From an uncultured Chitinophagales bacterium (GTDB lineage Bacteria; Bacteroidota; Bacteroidia; Chitinophagales; S012-47): DNA of 64,000 nucleotides. The stretch is from contig CAYYHM010000007.1 of NCBI GenBank assembly GCA_964471795.1, positions 1,221 through 65,220 of the forward strand, written 5' to 3'. Position numbers and translations under genes: made by a program. The notes under the pieces are model-generated. The model did no database searches. It was not told where the DNA came from and was given only the letters and a program-made list of their open reading frames with translations. Of this stretch, positions 25,847-33,249 are shown one piece after another; position 1 is the stretch's first letter, and each line of letters starts with the position of its first letter.

Positions 25847-25929
25847 TACAGCAGTTCAAGGTGGTGAAATTGTAACCACCCCTGCTACCTGATAACTGAC
25901 AAAGGGCTGCCGAAAGGCGGCGCTTTTTT
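25847..25929. repeat. 83-bp direct repeat, copy 2 (non-coding relic of the giant-gene 3' end plus terminator)
   Basis: See copy 1. It begins 3 nt after the BNR gene stop. The hairpin AAAGGGCTGCC-GAAA-GGCGGCGCTTT plus T6 is retained. The T-tract overlaps the stop codon (25928-25930) of the convergent hydrolase gene. Confidence 0.95.
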
Positions 25930-26758
25930 ATGGAATCTGGGCTATGGCAGCTGTCACGGCTCTTGCCATGTCTTGAGGCAGTACAGCTTGCTTCCAGGGA
26001 TGCTTGCCGCCAAATGTGTGACCGGCATAGGGTAACAGCAGCAATTGACTGTTGGGCTGTGCTGCATGGAGTTGGTGGGCGGCTGCTACCGTAACGGCTT
26101 CATCAGCCGTGCCATGTATGATCAGCCAGGGGATGCTGATATGTGAGGCAAGTGTCAGTATGTCGAAACGGGCATGATGCGCCATGAAATCATCATACAA
26201 GGTGATGTACATCGGTAGTTGCTCACCGGTGCGGCTATTGACCACATATTGCACGCCATCACGCTGCCAGCGGGTGAGTAATGCCGGCGTCCAGAAGTGA
26301 TCGAAACTATGCACGGCTGCCCAGGTAACCAAACGAGTTACACGAGGGTCTTCTGCTGCCTTGCAAATGGCCAATCCACCACCCCGGCTATGACCCAACA
26401 AGGCAATACGTTTCCGGTCTACAGGTATTTCTGCCAGTCCCCAGTCCAGCACCCGACCCAGGTCGTCCAGTTCAATGGAAAACGTATTACGGCCAAAAGC
26501 CTCCGGGTCGGCAAAGGTGGTGAGGTGCTCCGGTGTGGTGCCATTGTGGCTGCCATTGAAACGCACTACCATACAGCCGGCTGCAGCCAACCGTTTTGCT
26601 ACCAGGGGGAAGGGCCCCCAATCCATGAAACCCTTGAAACCATGAATGAAGATCACCAACGGAAACGGCCCTTCACCATCGGGCATCGTTACCTTCACCG
26701 GTATCGGGCGATCATGATTGGGCTGGTACAGCAATTCGAAGCGGTCTTGGCGGGGCAT
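25928..26758 (-). CDS. Alpha/beta-fold hydrolase (dienelactone hydrolase / esterase-like)
   Basis: 276 aa. Nucleophile elbow GHSRGG. FIHGFKG and HGTAD...GH segments are typical of the fold. Confidence 0.8.
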   Translation of the reverse strand: MPRQDRFELLYQPNHDRPIPVKVTMPDGEGPFPLVIFIHGFKGFMDWGPFPLVAKRLAAAGCMVVRFNGSHNGTTPEHLTTFADPEAFGRNTFSIELDDLGRVLDWGLAEIPVDRKRIALLGHSRGGGLAICKAAEDPRVTRLVTWAAVHSFDHFWTPALLTRWQRDGVQYVVNSRTGEQLPMYITLYDDFMAHHARFDILTLASHISIPWLIIHGTADEAVTVAAAHQLHAAQPNSQLLLLPYAGHTFGGKHPWKQAVLPQDMARAVTAAIAQIP

Positions 26759-26829
26759 GTGGTATGTGGTTTCTCGTTTTTAGTTTATGGATTCGGTTAC
26801 CTAAAAATACCCGTTTCAGGCAACAGAGT

Positions 26830-26908
26830 GCCGTACAGTGATATGCGATGTGCGTACAGCGATATGCGATTTGCGTACAGCGATATGCGTACAGCGATTT
26901 GCGACAGC
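26830..26908. repeat. Degenerate tandem repeat (GCGTACAGCGATATGCGATTT-type units of 21 and 14 bp)
   Basis: gccgtacagtgatatgcgatgt / gcgtacagcgatatgcgattt / gcgtacagcgatat / gcgtacagcgattt / gcgacagc, read directly from the sequence. Intergenic. Confidence 0.85.
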
Positions 26909-27055
26909 AGAGGATCGACCAACCTTAAAAACGGTCAACGCTATTTAGGGATGGTCAGGCAACTGGCAACCCACAACTAAGGATTGATAATCCAATATAA
27001 CTGGGAGATTGCCATGCCTGAGGCGGACAAGCCACGGTCGTTCCTCCCTCGCAAT

Positions 27056-27145
27056 AAACCTTGAACCTTGAACCTTAAACCTTGAACCTACCTGCGGCAG
27101 GCAGGCTTGCTTTGAACCTTGAACCTTGAACCTTGAACTCCAAAC
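27056..27145. repeat. Heptamer microsatellite arrays (AACCTTG)n flanking the conserved core CCTACCTGCGGCAGGCAGGCTT
   Basis: aaaccttgaaccttgaaccttaaaccttgaaCCTACCTGCGGCAGGCAGGCTTgctttgaaccttgaaccttgaaccttgaactcc. The 11-mer GGCAGGCAGGC is at 27096-27106. The element lies about 85 nt upstream of the polyprenyl synthase start. Confidence 0.9.
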
Positions 27146-27229
27146 ATCCAACCTCAAATATCTAATATCCAACTTCCCCATCCAACTTCCCCTCCTCCCG
27201 TTTCGTTGTATCTTCGTGCAAACGATAAC

Positions 27230-28201
27230 ATGTCTGTAGTAGACGACATAAAAGCACCGGTGGTGCGTGAACTGGAGATCTTCGAGGAGCGATTCCGCGA
27301 CTCCATGCGCAGCCAGGTGCCCCTGCTCGATCGTATCACGCACTATATTGTAAAGCGGAAAGGCAAGCGCATCCGCCCCATTTTCGTCTTCCTCTCAGCC
27401 CGCCTGATAGGCGATGTTACCGATGCCACCTACCGGGGTGCTTCCCTCATCGAGTTGCTACACACCGCCACGTTGGTACATGATGACGTGGTTGACGATG
27501 CCTTTGAACGGAGGGGTTTCTTCTCTATCAATGCCTTGTGGAAGAACAAGATAGCCGTACTGGTGGGCGATTACCTGCTGTCGCGGGGGTTGCTGCTGTC
27601 ATTGGATAATAACGACTATGAGCTACTGCAGACCGTATCGGATGCAGTGCGGCAGATGAGTGAAGGGGAATTGCTGCAGATTGAAAAGGCACGCAGACTG
27701 GACATCAAAGAGGACATCTACTACGAGATTATCCGCCAAAAGACAGCCTCACTCATTGCTTCGGCTTGTAAGGTAGGCGCCCTCTCGGCAGGTGCCAATG
27801 CGGAGGAAGCAGCTCGGGTGAAGGATTTTGGTGAAAAAGTGGGCATGGCCTTCCAAATCAAAGATGATCTGTTCGATTATGGTGATGCCGTAGTGGGTAA
27901 GCCTACCCGCATCGACATACAGGAGCGTAAGATGACGCTACCCCTCATCTATACCCTGCAGCAAGCCGATAGCAGGGAAAAACGCTGGATCATCAATACC
28001 GTGAAAAACCACAACGAAGACAAACCCCGTGTAGAACAGCTGGTGCGTATGGTCATCGATAAGGGCGGCATCGACTATGCCACACAGGTAATGCATCGCT
28101 TCCGTGATGAAGCCTTGGCGGTGCTGGATACCTTCCCCGCCGGAGAGGCTCGCAGCAGCCTGCGGAAGCTGGTGGAGTACACTGTGGATAGGGAGAAATG
28201 A
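27230..28201 (+). CDS. Polyprenyl diphosphate synthase (trans-IPPS, IspB-like)
   Basis: First Asp-rich motif LVHDDVVDD and second motif QIKDDLFDYG. I prefer ATG 27230 (MSVVDDIKAPV...) over the track's TTG 27206. Confidence 0.88.
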   Translation: MSVVDDIKAPVVRELEIFEERFRDSMRSQVPLLDRITHYIVKRKGKRIRPIFVFLSARLIGDVTDATYRGASLIELLHTATLVHDDVVDDAFERRGFFSINALWKNKIAVLVGDYLLSRGLLLSLDNNDYELLQTVSDAVRQMSEGELLQIEKARRLDIKEDIYYEIIRQKTASLIASACKVGALSAGANAEEAARVKDFGEKVGMAFQIKDDLFDYGDAVVGKPTRIDIQERKMTLPLIYTLQQADSREKRWIINTVKNHNEDKPRVEQLVRMVIDKGGIDYATQVMHRFRDEALAVLDTFPAGEARSSLRKLVEYTVDREK

Positions 28202-28219
28202 CTTGTCAAGGGGAGAGGG

Positions 28220-28675
28220 GTGAATTAGAAAATCAGAAAATTAGAGGATTAGAAAATGGGCCGAGCCGTTGTGGCGCAGTATTGCTAAGCGTGCTGCGAT
28301 CTACGATTGGCCTGCTGCTAGTCAGGTTACTCAGAACGGATATCCGACAACCGAGAACGCTGAAATAGTGAATTAGAAAATCAGAAAATTAGAGGATTAG
28401 AAAATGGGCCGAGCCGCTGTGAGCGCAGTGTCGGTGTGCGTGCTGCGAACTACTATTGGCCTGCGGCCAGTCAGGTGATTCTTAACGGACAACCCACAAT
28501 ACCCAACCGAGAACGCTGAAATAGCGAATTAGAAAATCAGAAAATTAGAGGATTAGAAAATGGGCCGAGCCGCTGTGGCGCAGTGTAGGTGTGCGTGCTG
28601 CGATCTACAATTGGCCTACTGCTAGTCGGGTGACTTAAAACAGACAACCGACAACGGATAACGGACAACTTGAAA
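28220..28675. repeat. Three tandem copies of a ~148-156-bp intergenic repeat
   Basis: Units start at 28220, 28368 and 28524. Each begins G(T/C)GAATTAGAAAATCAGAAAATTAGAGGATTAGAAAATGGGCCGAGCCG (an 8-bp sub-periodicity TTAGAAAA). A GC-rich middle follows (..GCGCAG..GTGCTGCGA..TTGGCCT..GCTAGTC.GGT), then a CCGACAAC-type tail. Confidence 0.9.
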
Positions 28676-28705
28676 CCCTTACACTTCGACAAGCTTAGTG
28701 TGACA

Positions 28706-28742
28706 CCAACTTCGAACTTCGAACATTGAACATTGAACTCTG
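28706..28742. repeat. Short heptamer array (CTTCGAA/CATTGAA)
   Basis: ccaacttcgaacttcgaacattgaacattgaactct, immediately 3' of the membrane-fusion gene stop. Confidence 0.7.
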
Positions 28743-28751
28743 CACTACAGG

Positions 28752-30077
28752 CTACTCCTTCTTCACCGCAGCAGCCTTCCCATCCTCTTCCGAAATCGTT
28801 ACCTTATCACCACGTTGTAGGGTGCGTTGTACCGTGGTATACGGTCCACTAATGATGGTTTCTCCTTCGGCAATGCCTTCCAGCACTTCGATATACTTGT
28901 CGTCTTGAATGCCGGTCGTAACCTGCACAGGACGTACAGTCTTGTCGTCGTTCAAGCCGAATACTACCTCCACCAGATCGTCTTTCACATCTGCTTGGGT
29001 GGTGTCGCCAATCTGCTTGGGTGTGCGTGTGGTTACCGCTTCAATCGGAATACTCAACACCTCCGTTTTTACCTGCGTAATGATGTCCACCGAAGCCGAC
29101 ATACCCGGCAGGAACGGGAATTGTCCTTTTTCGGGGTTCAGCAGGTCGGCGTAGCTGGATTCCAACAGCCGGATGCGTACCGTAAAGTTGGTAGCGGTTT
29201 CGGTGGTCAGCTGGCGGTTGGCATTGGTGGCTGACGAGGATATCTGCGTAACGATGCCTTTGAATACACGGTCATCATAGGCTTCCACCTCAATCAATGC
29301 GGTATCGCCAATGGAAATGCGGAGGATATCGTTTTCACTCACGTCTACTCTGGCTTCCATCACCGACAAGTCGGAGATGCGCATCATTTCTGTGGCAGAG
29401 AATGTGTTGATGCCGCCCACCACTTTACCTTCTTCCACGTTCAGGCCGGTAACGATACCCGCCATAGGGGCGTACACTGTTGTACGGGCCAGATTGTTGC
29501 GGGCTTCCTGCAGGGTTGCCTCGGCACTTTGCACCTGGAAGGTGGCTGCCTTTACGCTCTCATCAGCAGCTTCCAATTCAGCCTCAGCTACCTTGAAGGC
29601 TGCCTCTGCGGCGTCAAATTCCGCTCTGGATATAACCTGTTGGTCAAACAGTTGCTTCTGGCGACCGAAGTCCAGTTTGGCACGCTCGTACTGCGCCTTG
29701 GCCTGTGCTGCACGAGCTTTTGTGTTTCCCAGATTGGCCTTGGCGGTGAGCACGGCCGCTTCTGTTCTTTTTAAGGCATCCTGGAAGATGTCGGGGTTGA
29801 TGCGTACCAGCACATCATCGCGCTGCACACTATCGCCATCCTGCACCATGAGTTCAATGATCTCGCCGGCTATTTCGGGGATGATGGCTACTTCATCTTC
29901 CGGATAGATCTTTCCCGAAGCTGACACCATTTCAGTGATGGTCCGTTTTTCCGGTTTGGTTGTTTCAACCTCGATACCGCCATCTCCTTTTTTGAAGAAA
30001 ATCGCTGCTACGATGAGGAGAATCACCGCCACGATGAGGATGGCGATTACCGGCCTTTTTTTCTTACCCTGTGCCAT
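28752..30077 (-). CDS. Efflux transporter periplasmic adaptor (membrane fusion protein, HlyD/MacA-like)
   Basis: 441 aa. N-terminal membrane anchor KKKRPVIAILIVAVILLIVAAIFF. A long coiled-coil hairpin (AKANLGNTKARAAQAKAQYERAKLDF...AEAELEAADESVKAATFQVQSAEATLQEARNNLARTTVYAPMAGIVT) is followed by beta-barrel segments. Confidence 0.85.
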   Translation of the reverse strand: MAQGKKKRPVIAILIVAVILLIVAAIFFKKGDGGIEVETTKPEKRTITEMVSASGKIYPEDEVAIIPEIAGEIIELMVQDGDSVQRDDVLVRINPDIFQDALKRTEAAVLTAKANLGNTKARAAQAKAQYERAKLDFGRQKQLFDQQVISRAEFDAAEAAFKVAEAELEAADESVKAATFQVQSAEATLQEARNNLARTTVYAPMAGIVTGLNVEEGKVVGGINTFSATEMMRISDLSVMEARVDVSENDILRISIGDTALIEVEAYDDRVFKGIVTQISSSATNANRQLTTETATNFTVRIRLLESSYADLLNPEKGQFPFLPGMSASVDIITQVKTEVLSIPIEAVTTRTPKQIGDTTQADVKDDLVEVVFGLNDDKTVRPVQVTTGIQDDKYIEVLEGIAEGETIISGPYTTVQRTLQRGDKVTISEEDGKAAAVKKE

Positions 30078-30080
30078 AGT

Positions 30081-31505
30081 CTATTTGAGTTGGAGTGGTT
30101 TGCCAATGTTGAAGTCCAGCACCTTCAGTGATAGCAGGTACTGGTATTTTGCCTGTGCCAGGTTGGCACGGGCAATGTTCAGGTTATTTTGTGCAATGGA
30201 GAAGTCGAAGGGCGTTACCACCCCTTGTTCTGCCCGCTTTTTCGTGTACTCGAAGGAGCGTTCAGTAGCGGTCAGGTTATTCTCTGCAGCAGCATAGCGT
30301 TTGGCTGCGGCTTGTGCATTCAGGTAGGCGGTGTAGATGTTATCGCGGAGTGTGTTTCTACGCTGTTCCAGTAGCAGTTGGCTGCTTTGCGCACCCAGGT
30401 TGGATTGTACCACCCCATTTTTTACCAGGTTGCGGTTGAAGATGGGGATTTGCAGCGATACACCCAGCTGCCGGTTGAGGTTATCGTTGAGCTGATCCAG
30501 ATAAGGGTATGGCAAAATCTCGGTCGTAAAGAAGGGCAGCGTAGATACTACGGGTGTGTTGGCACCCTGCACCAGTCCAATCACGGGGAAGGTGGCCTCG
30601 CCCTGTTCGAAGCGGCGGCGTGCGCTGGAGTGTGTAGTGCCCAGTCCGCCGTTGAGGCTCAGGGAGGGGAAGTAGCCGGCACGGGCAATGCGTACACCCA
30701 ATTCTGCGCTGCGGTATTGCTGTTCGGCATCCAGCATCAGCGGGTGGGTGCCGAGAGCCTGATTAAACAGGGCTGCTACATCGCCATACTGTTGCAGTGC
30801 CACTTCATCCACTTCACCGGTGAGGTTTTGGATGTTAAAGCCGGGTGTAGGCTCCATCAGCATGGTAAGCTGCAGCCGCAACAACGACAGGTCTACGTCG
30901 TTTTCTGCATTTACCACCTGCAGTTCGGCTTGCGCTACCTGCGCTTCCACTTCCAGCTGATTGCCTTCGGGCAATGTGCCGGCAGTCACGAATTTCTGGG
31001 TGATGGACAATTGCTGCTGTGCGTTGGCCAGCTGATCCTGTGCGATGCCCAGGTTTTCCTTGGCTACCAGCACAGTTAGGTAGGCTTGGGTGATGGTAAG
31101 GGCAATGGACAGTGCCGTATTGTCGCGGGCATACTCGCTGGCCGCCAGGTTGGCCTTGTTTTGTTCTATCGTGTTTCGGATGCGTCCACCGCTGAACAAG
31201 GTGACGCTGCTGTTCATGTTCAGCGTGGTAGTATTGGTAGCCTCCGTGATGAACTCGTTGGTGGTAGGGTCAATGAATCGCCCCCAGTTGAAGAACAGTC
31301 CACCACCGGCATTCAGGTTGGGCAGCATGCCGAAACGGGCCGTCTGCAACTGGCTGGCATTGGCCTGTATGTTGAGCTCACTCTGCTGAACGGTGATGTT
31401 GTTGTCTACCGCATATTGTATGCATTGCTCCAGCGACCACGACTGTGCATATTGCAGCCGGGGCAACGCCACAATAAGCAGAAGAAGACATAGTATAGGT
31501 TTCAT
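30081..31505 (-). CDS. TolC-family outer membrane efflux protein
   Basis: 474 aa. Signal peptide MKPILCLLLLIVALPRLQYAQ. Duplicated OEP-type halves (LSLEQCIQYAVDNNITVQQSELN... and ...AKYQYLLSLKVLDFNIGKPL). Lies 3 nt upstream of the adaptor gene. Confidence 0.85.
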   Translation of the reverse strand: MKPILCLLLLIVALPRLQYAQSWSLEQCIQYAVDNNITVQQSELNIQANASQLQTARFGMLPNLNAGGGLFFNWGRFIDPTTNEFITEATNTTTLNMNSSVTLFSGGRIRNTIEQNKANLAASEYARDNTALSIALTITQAYLTVLVAKENLGIAQDQLANAQQQLSITQKFVTAGTLPEGNQLEVEAQVAQAELQVVNAENDVDLSLLRLQLTMLMEPTPGFNIQNLTGEVDEVALQQYGDVAALFNQALGTHPLMLDAEQQYRSAELGVRIARAGYFPSLSLNGGLGTTHSSARRRFEQGEATFPVIGLVQGANTPVVSTLPFFTTEILPYPYLDQLNDNLNRQLGVSLQIPIFNRNLVKNGVVQSNLGAQSSQLLLEQRRNTLRDNIYTAYLNAQAAAKRYAAAENNLTATERSFEYTKKRAEQGVVTPFDFSIAQNNLNIARANLAQAKYQYLLSLKVLDFNIGKPLQLK

Positions 31506-31619
31506 GGTTTACTGCTAATTTTCCGACGGATAAAGTTAGGGATTAAAACAGGGGGCGCTCTTTTTTGCCCCGTAGCCTTACAGTATTTTAACATTTGATG
31601 CATTCTTATCAGATACTAC

Positions 31620-32075
31620 ATGTCTCTTATTCAGCCATTTGACGACACACATTACATGAAAGAGGCCCTGCGTGAGGCGCAGCGCGCCATGTCGGAGGAA
31701 GAGGTGCCGATTGGTGCTGTGGTGGTAGCCAACGGGCGCATCATTGCACGTGGGCATAACATGGTAGAAAAACTGCACGATGCTACGGCTCATGCGGAGA
31801 TGATAGCCATTACGGCTGCTTCGGAGCAGCTGCACAGCAAGTACCTGAAAGATTGTACCGTGTATGTAACCGTAGAGCCATGCCCCATGTGTGCTGCGGC
31901 ACTGAAGTGGGCGCAGGTAGCGCGTGTGGTGTATGGTGCACCGGAAGAAAAATGGGGTTATCGCCACATCAGCGAGGAGTTGCTGCATCCCAAAACGGCC
32001 GTCACCGCCGGCATCCTGGCCGATGACTGCAGAACCTTGATGCAGACTTTCTTCCGCAGCAAACGCGAGGACTAG
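31620..32075 (+). CDS. tadA: tRNA-specific adenosine deaminase
   Basis: 151 aa. CDA zinc motifs HAEMIAI and PCPMCAAAL. Confidence 0.9.
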   Translation: MSLIQPFDDTHYMKEALREAQRAMSEEEVPIGAVVVANGRIIARGHNMVEKLHDATAHAEMIAITAASEQLHSKYLKDCTVYVTVEPCPMCAAALKWAQVARVVYGAPEEKWGYRHISEELLHPKTAVTAGILADDCRTLMQTFFRSKRED

Positions 32076-32197
32076 TTTGTGGTTTATTGATTGTGGTGTT
32101 TAATTACCTCAACCTACAACCTACAATCCACAACAGATCGCCGACAACCGGCATCCGAGGTCAAACAACTGCAAACTTCAATATGCTTATTTGACGG

Positions 32198-32240
32198 CAA
32201 CTTTGAACTTTGAACCCTCAACCTTGAACCCCAAACCTCC
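32198..32240. repeat. Heptamer array (CTTTGAA/CCTTGAA type) upstream of the SOD gene
   Basis: caactttgaactttgaaccctcaaccttgaaccccaaacctcc, preceded at 32100-32135 by CAACCTA/CAACAG-type low-complexity units. Confidence 0.7.
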
Positions 32241-32329
32241 CCGCCAATTGAACTATTTTTGCATCCTCAGGTTTAGGAATACGAACTATCGACACAACTG
32301 TTTATTCACCCAAAAAAATAACGCATACC

Positions 32330-32935
32330 ATGGCTTTTCAATTACCCGATCTGCCCTATGCACACGATGCACTGGAGCCGAACATCGACACACTTACCAT
32401 GCAAATCCATCATGGGAAACACCATGCCGCTTACACTACGAACCTGAATAATGCTATCGCCGGCACCGAACTGGAGAGTCAATCAATTGAAGCTATCATT
32501 GCACATGCCGGAGCTCATGGAGCGGCTGTGCGCAACAATGGTGGCGGGTTTTATAACCACAACCTGTTTTGGACTGTGATGAGCCCCAACGGGGGAGGCC
32601 AGCCTGCCGGTGAGTTGGCTGAGGCCATCAATGCCGCTTTCGGTTCATTCGATGCATTCAAGGAAACCTTCGCCAAAGCAGCCGCTACTCGTTTCGGTTC
32701 CGGCTGGGCTTGGCTGATCGTACAGAACGGTACGCTGAAAGTAACGTCTACCCCCAACCAGGACAATCCCCTGATGGATGTGGCCGAAGAAAAAGGCACC
32801 CCCATCTTCGGCATCGATGTATGGGAACATGCCTACTACCTGCACTACCAGAACCGCCGTCCCGACTATATCTCCGCTTTCTGGAATGTAGCCGACTGGG
32901 ACGAAGTAGCCCGCAGGTACGCTGCCGCTAAATAA
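32330..32935 (+). CDS. Fe/Mn-family superoxide dismutase
   Basis: 201 aa. [31 protein letters not shown] and the DVWEHAYYL signature. Confidence 0.93.
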   Translation: MAFQLPDLPYAHDALEPNIDTLTMQIHHGKHHAAYTTNLNNAIAGTELESQSIEAIIAHAGAHGAAVRNNGGGFYNHNLFWTVMSPNGGGQPAGELAEAINAAFGSFDAFKETFAKAAATRFGSGWAWLIVQNGTLKVTSTPNQDNPLMDVAEEKGTPIFGIDVWEHAYYLHYQNRRPDYISAFWNVADWDEVARRYAAAK

Positions 32936-32959
32936 GCATTCAGCAATATCCAATCTACA

Positions 32960-32993
32960 AGAGCTGATCGGTTACCGGTCGGCTCTTTTTTTT
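32960..32993 (+). terminator. Rho-independent terminator of the SOD gene
   Basis: AGAGCTGATCGG-TTAC-CGGTCGGCTCT followed by a T8 run. Confidence 0.75.
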
Positions 32994-33249
32994 AGATGTC
33001 GGATATGAGATATGGGATTTTAGACATTTGATTTGCAATACCAGCCTGCAGCGGGTTCAATCAAATTGGTGAAGTAGCATCTACACCGGTGCAGGTAATC
33101 AACCCTGCAGTCGCAATACAAGGTACGGATATGAGCTACGGACCCTCACATTGGTGGACATAGTAATCAGGCATCACAACATCTGTTTTACTGCAACTTC
33201 TCTCCGGAATGGTTATTTTGGGCCATATTATTCATATAAAACAATCATA

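Noticed and set aside
28255-28630. Short ORFs starting at the ATGGGCCGAGCC of each 150-bp repeat unit (10, 24 and 21 codons, some Cys-rich) as possible RiPP precursors
   Set aside because: Lengths and sequences are not conserved between the three copies, since frames break after about 6 codons. There are no adjacent maturation genes. The idea is unsupported.
28220-28675. The tandem repeat as a CRISPR array
   Set aside because: The whole ~150-bp unit is repeated, with no alternation of a short conserved repeat and unique spacers. There are no cas genes.
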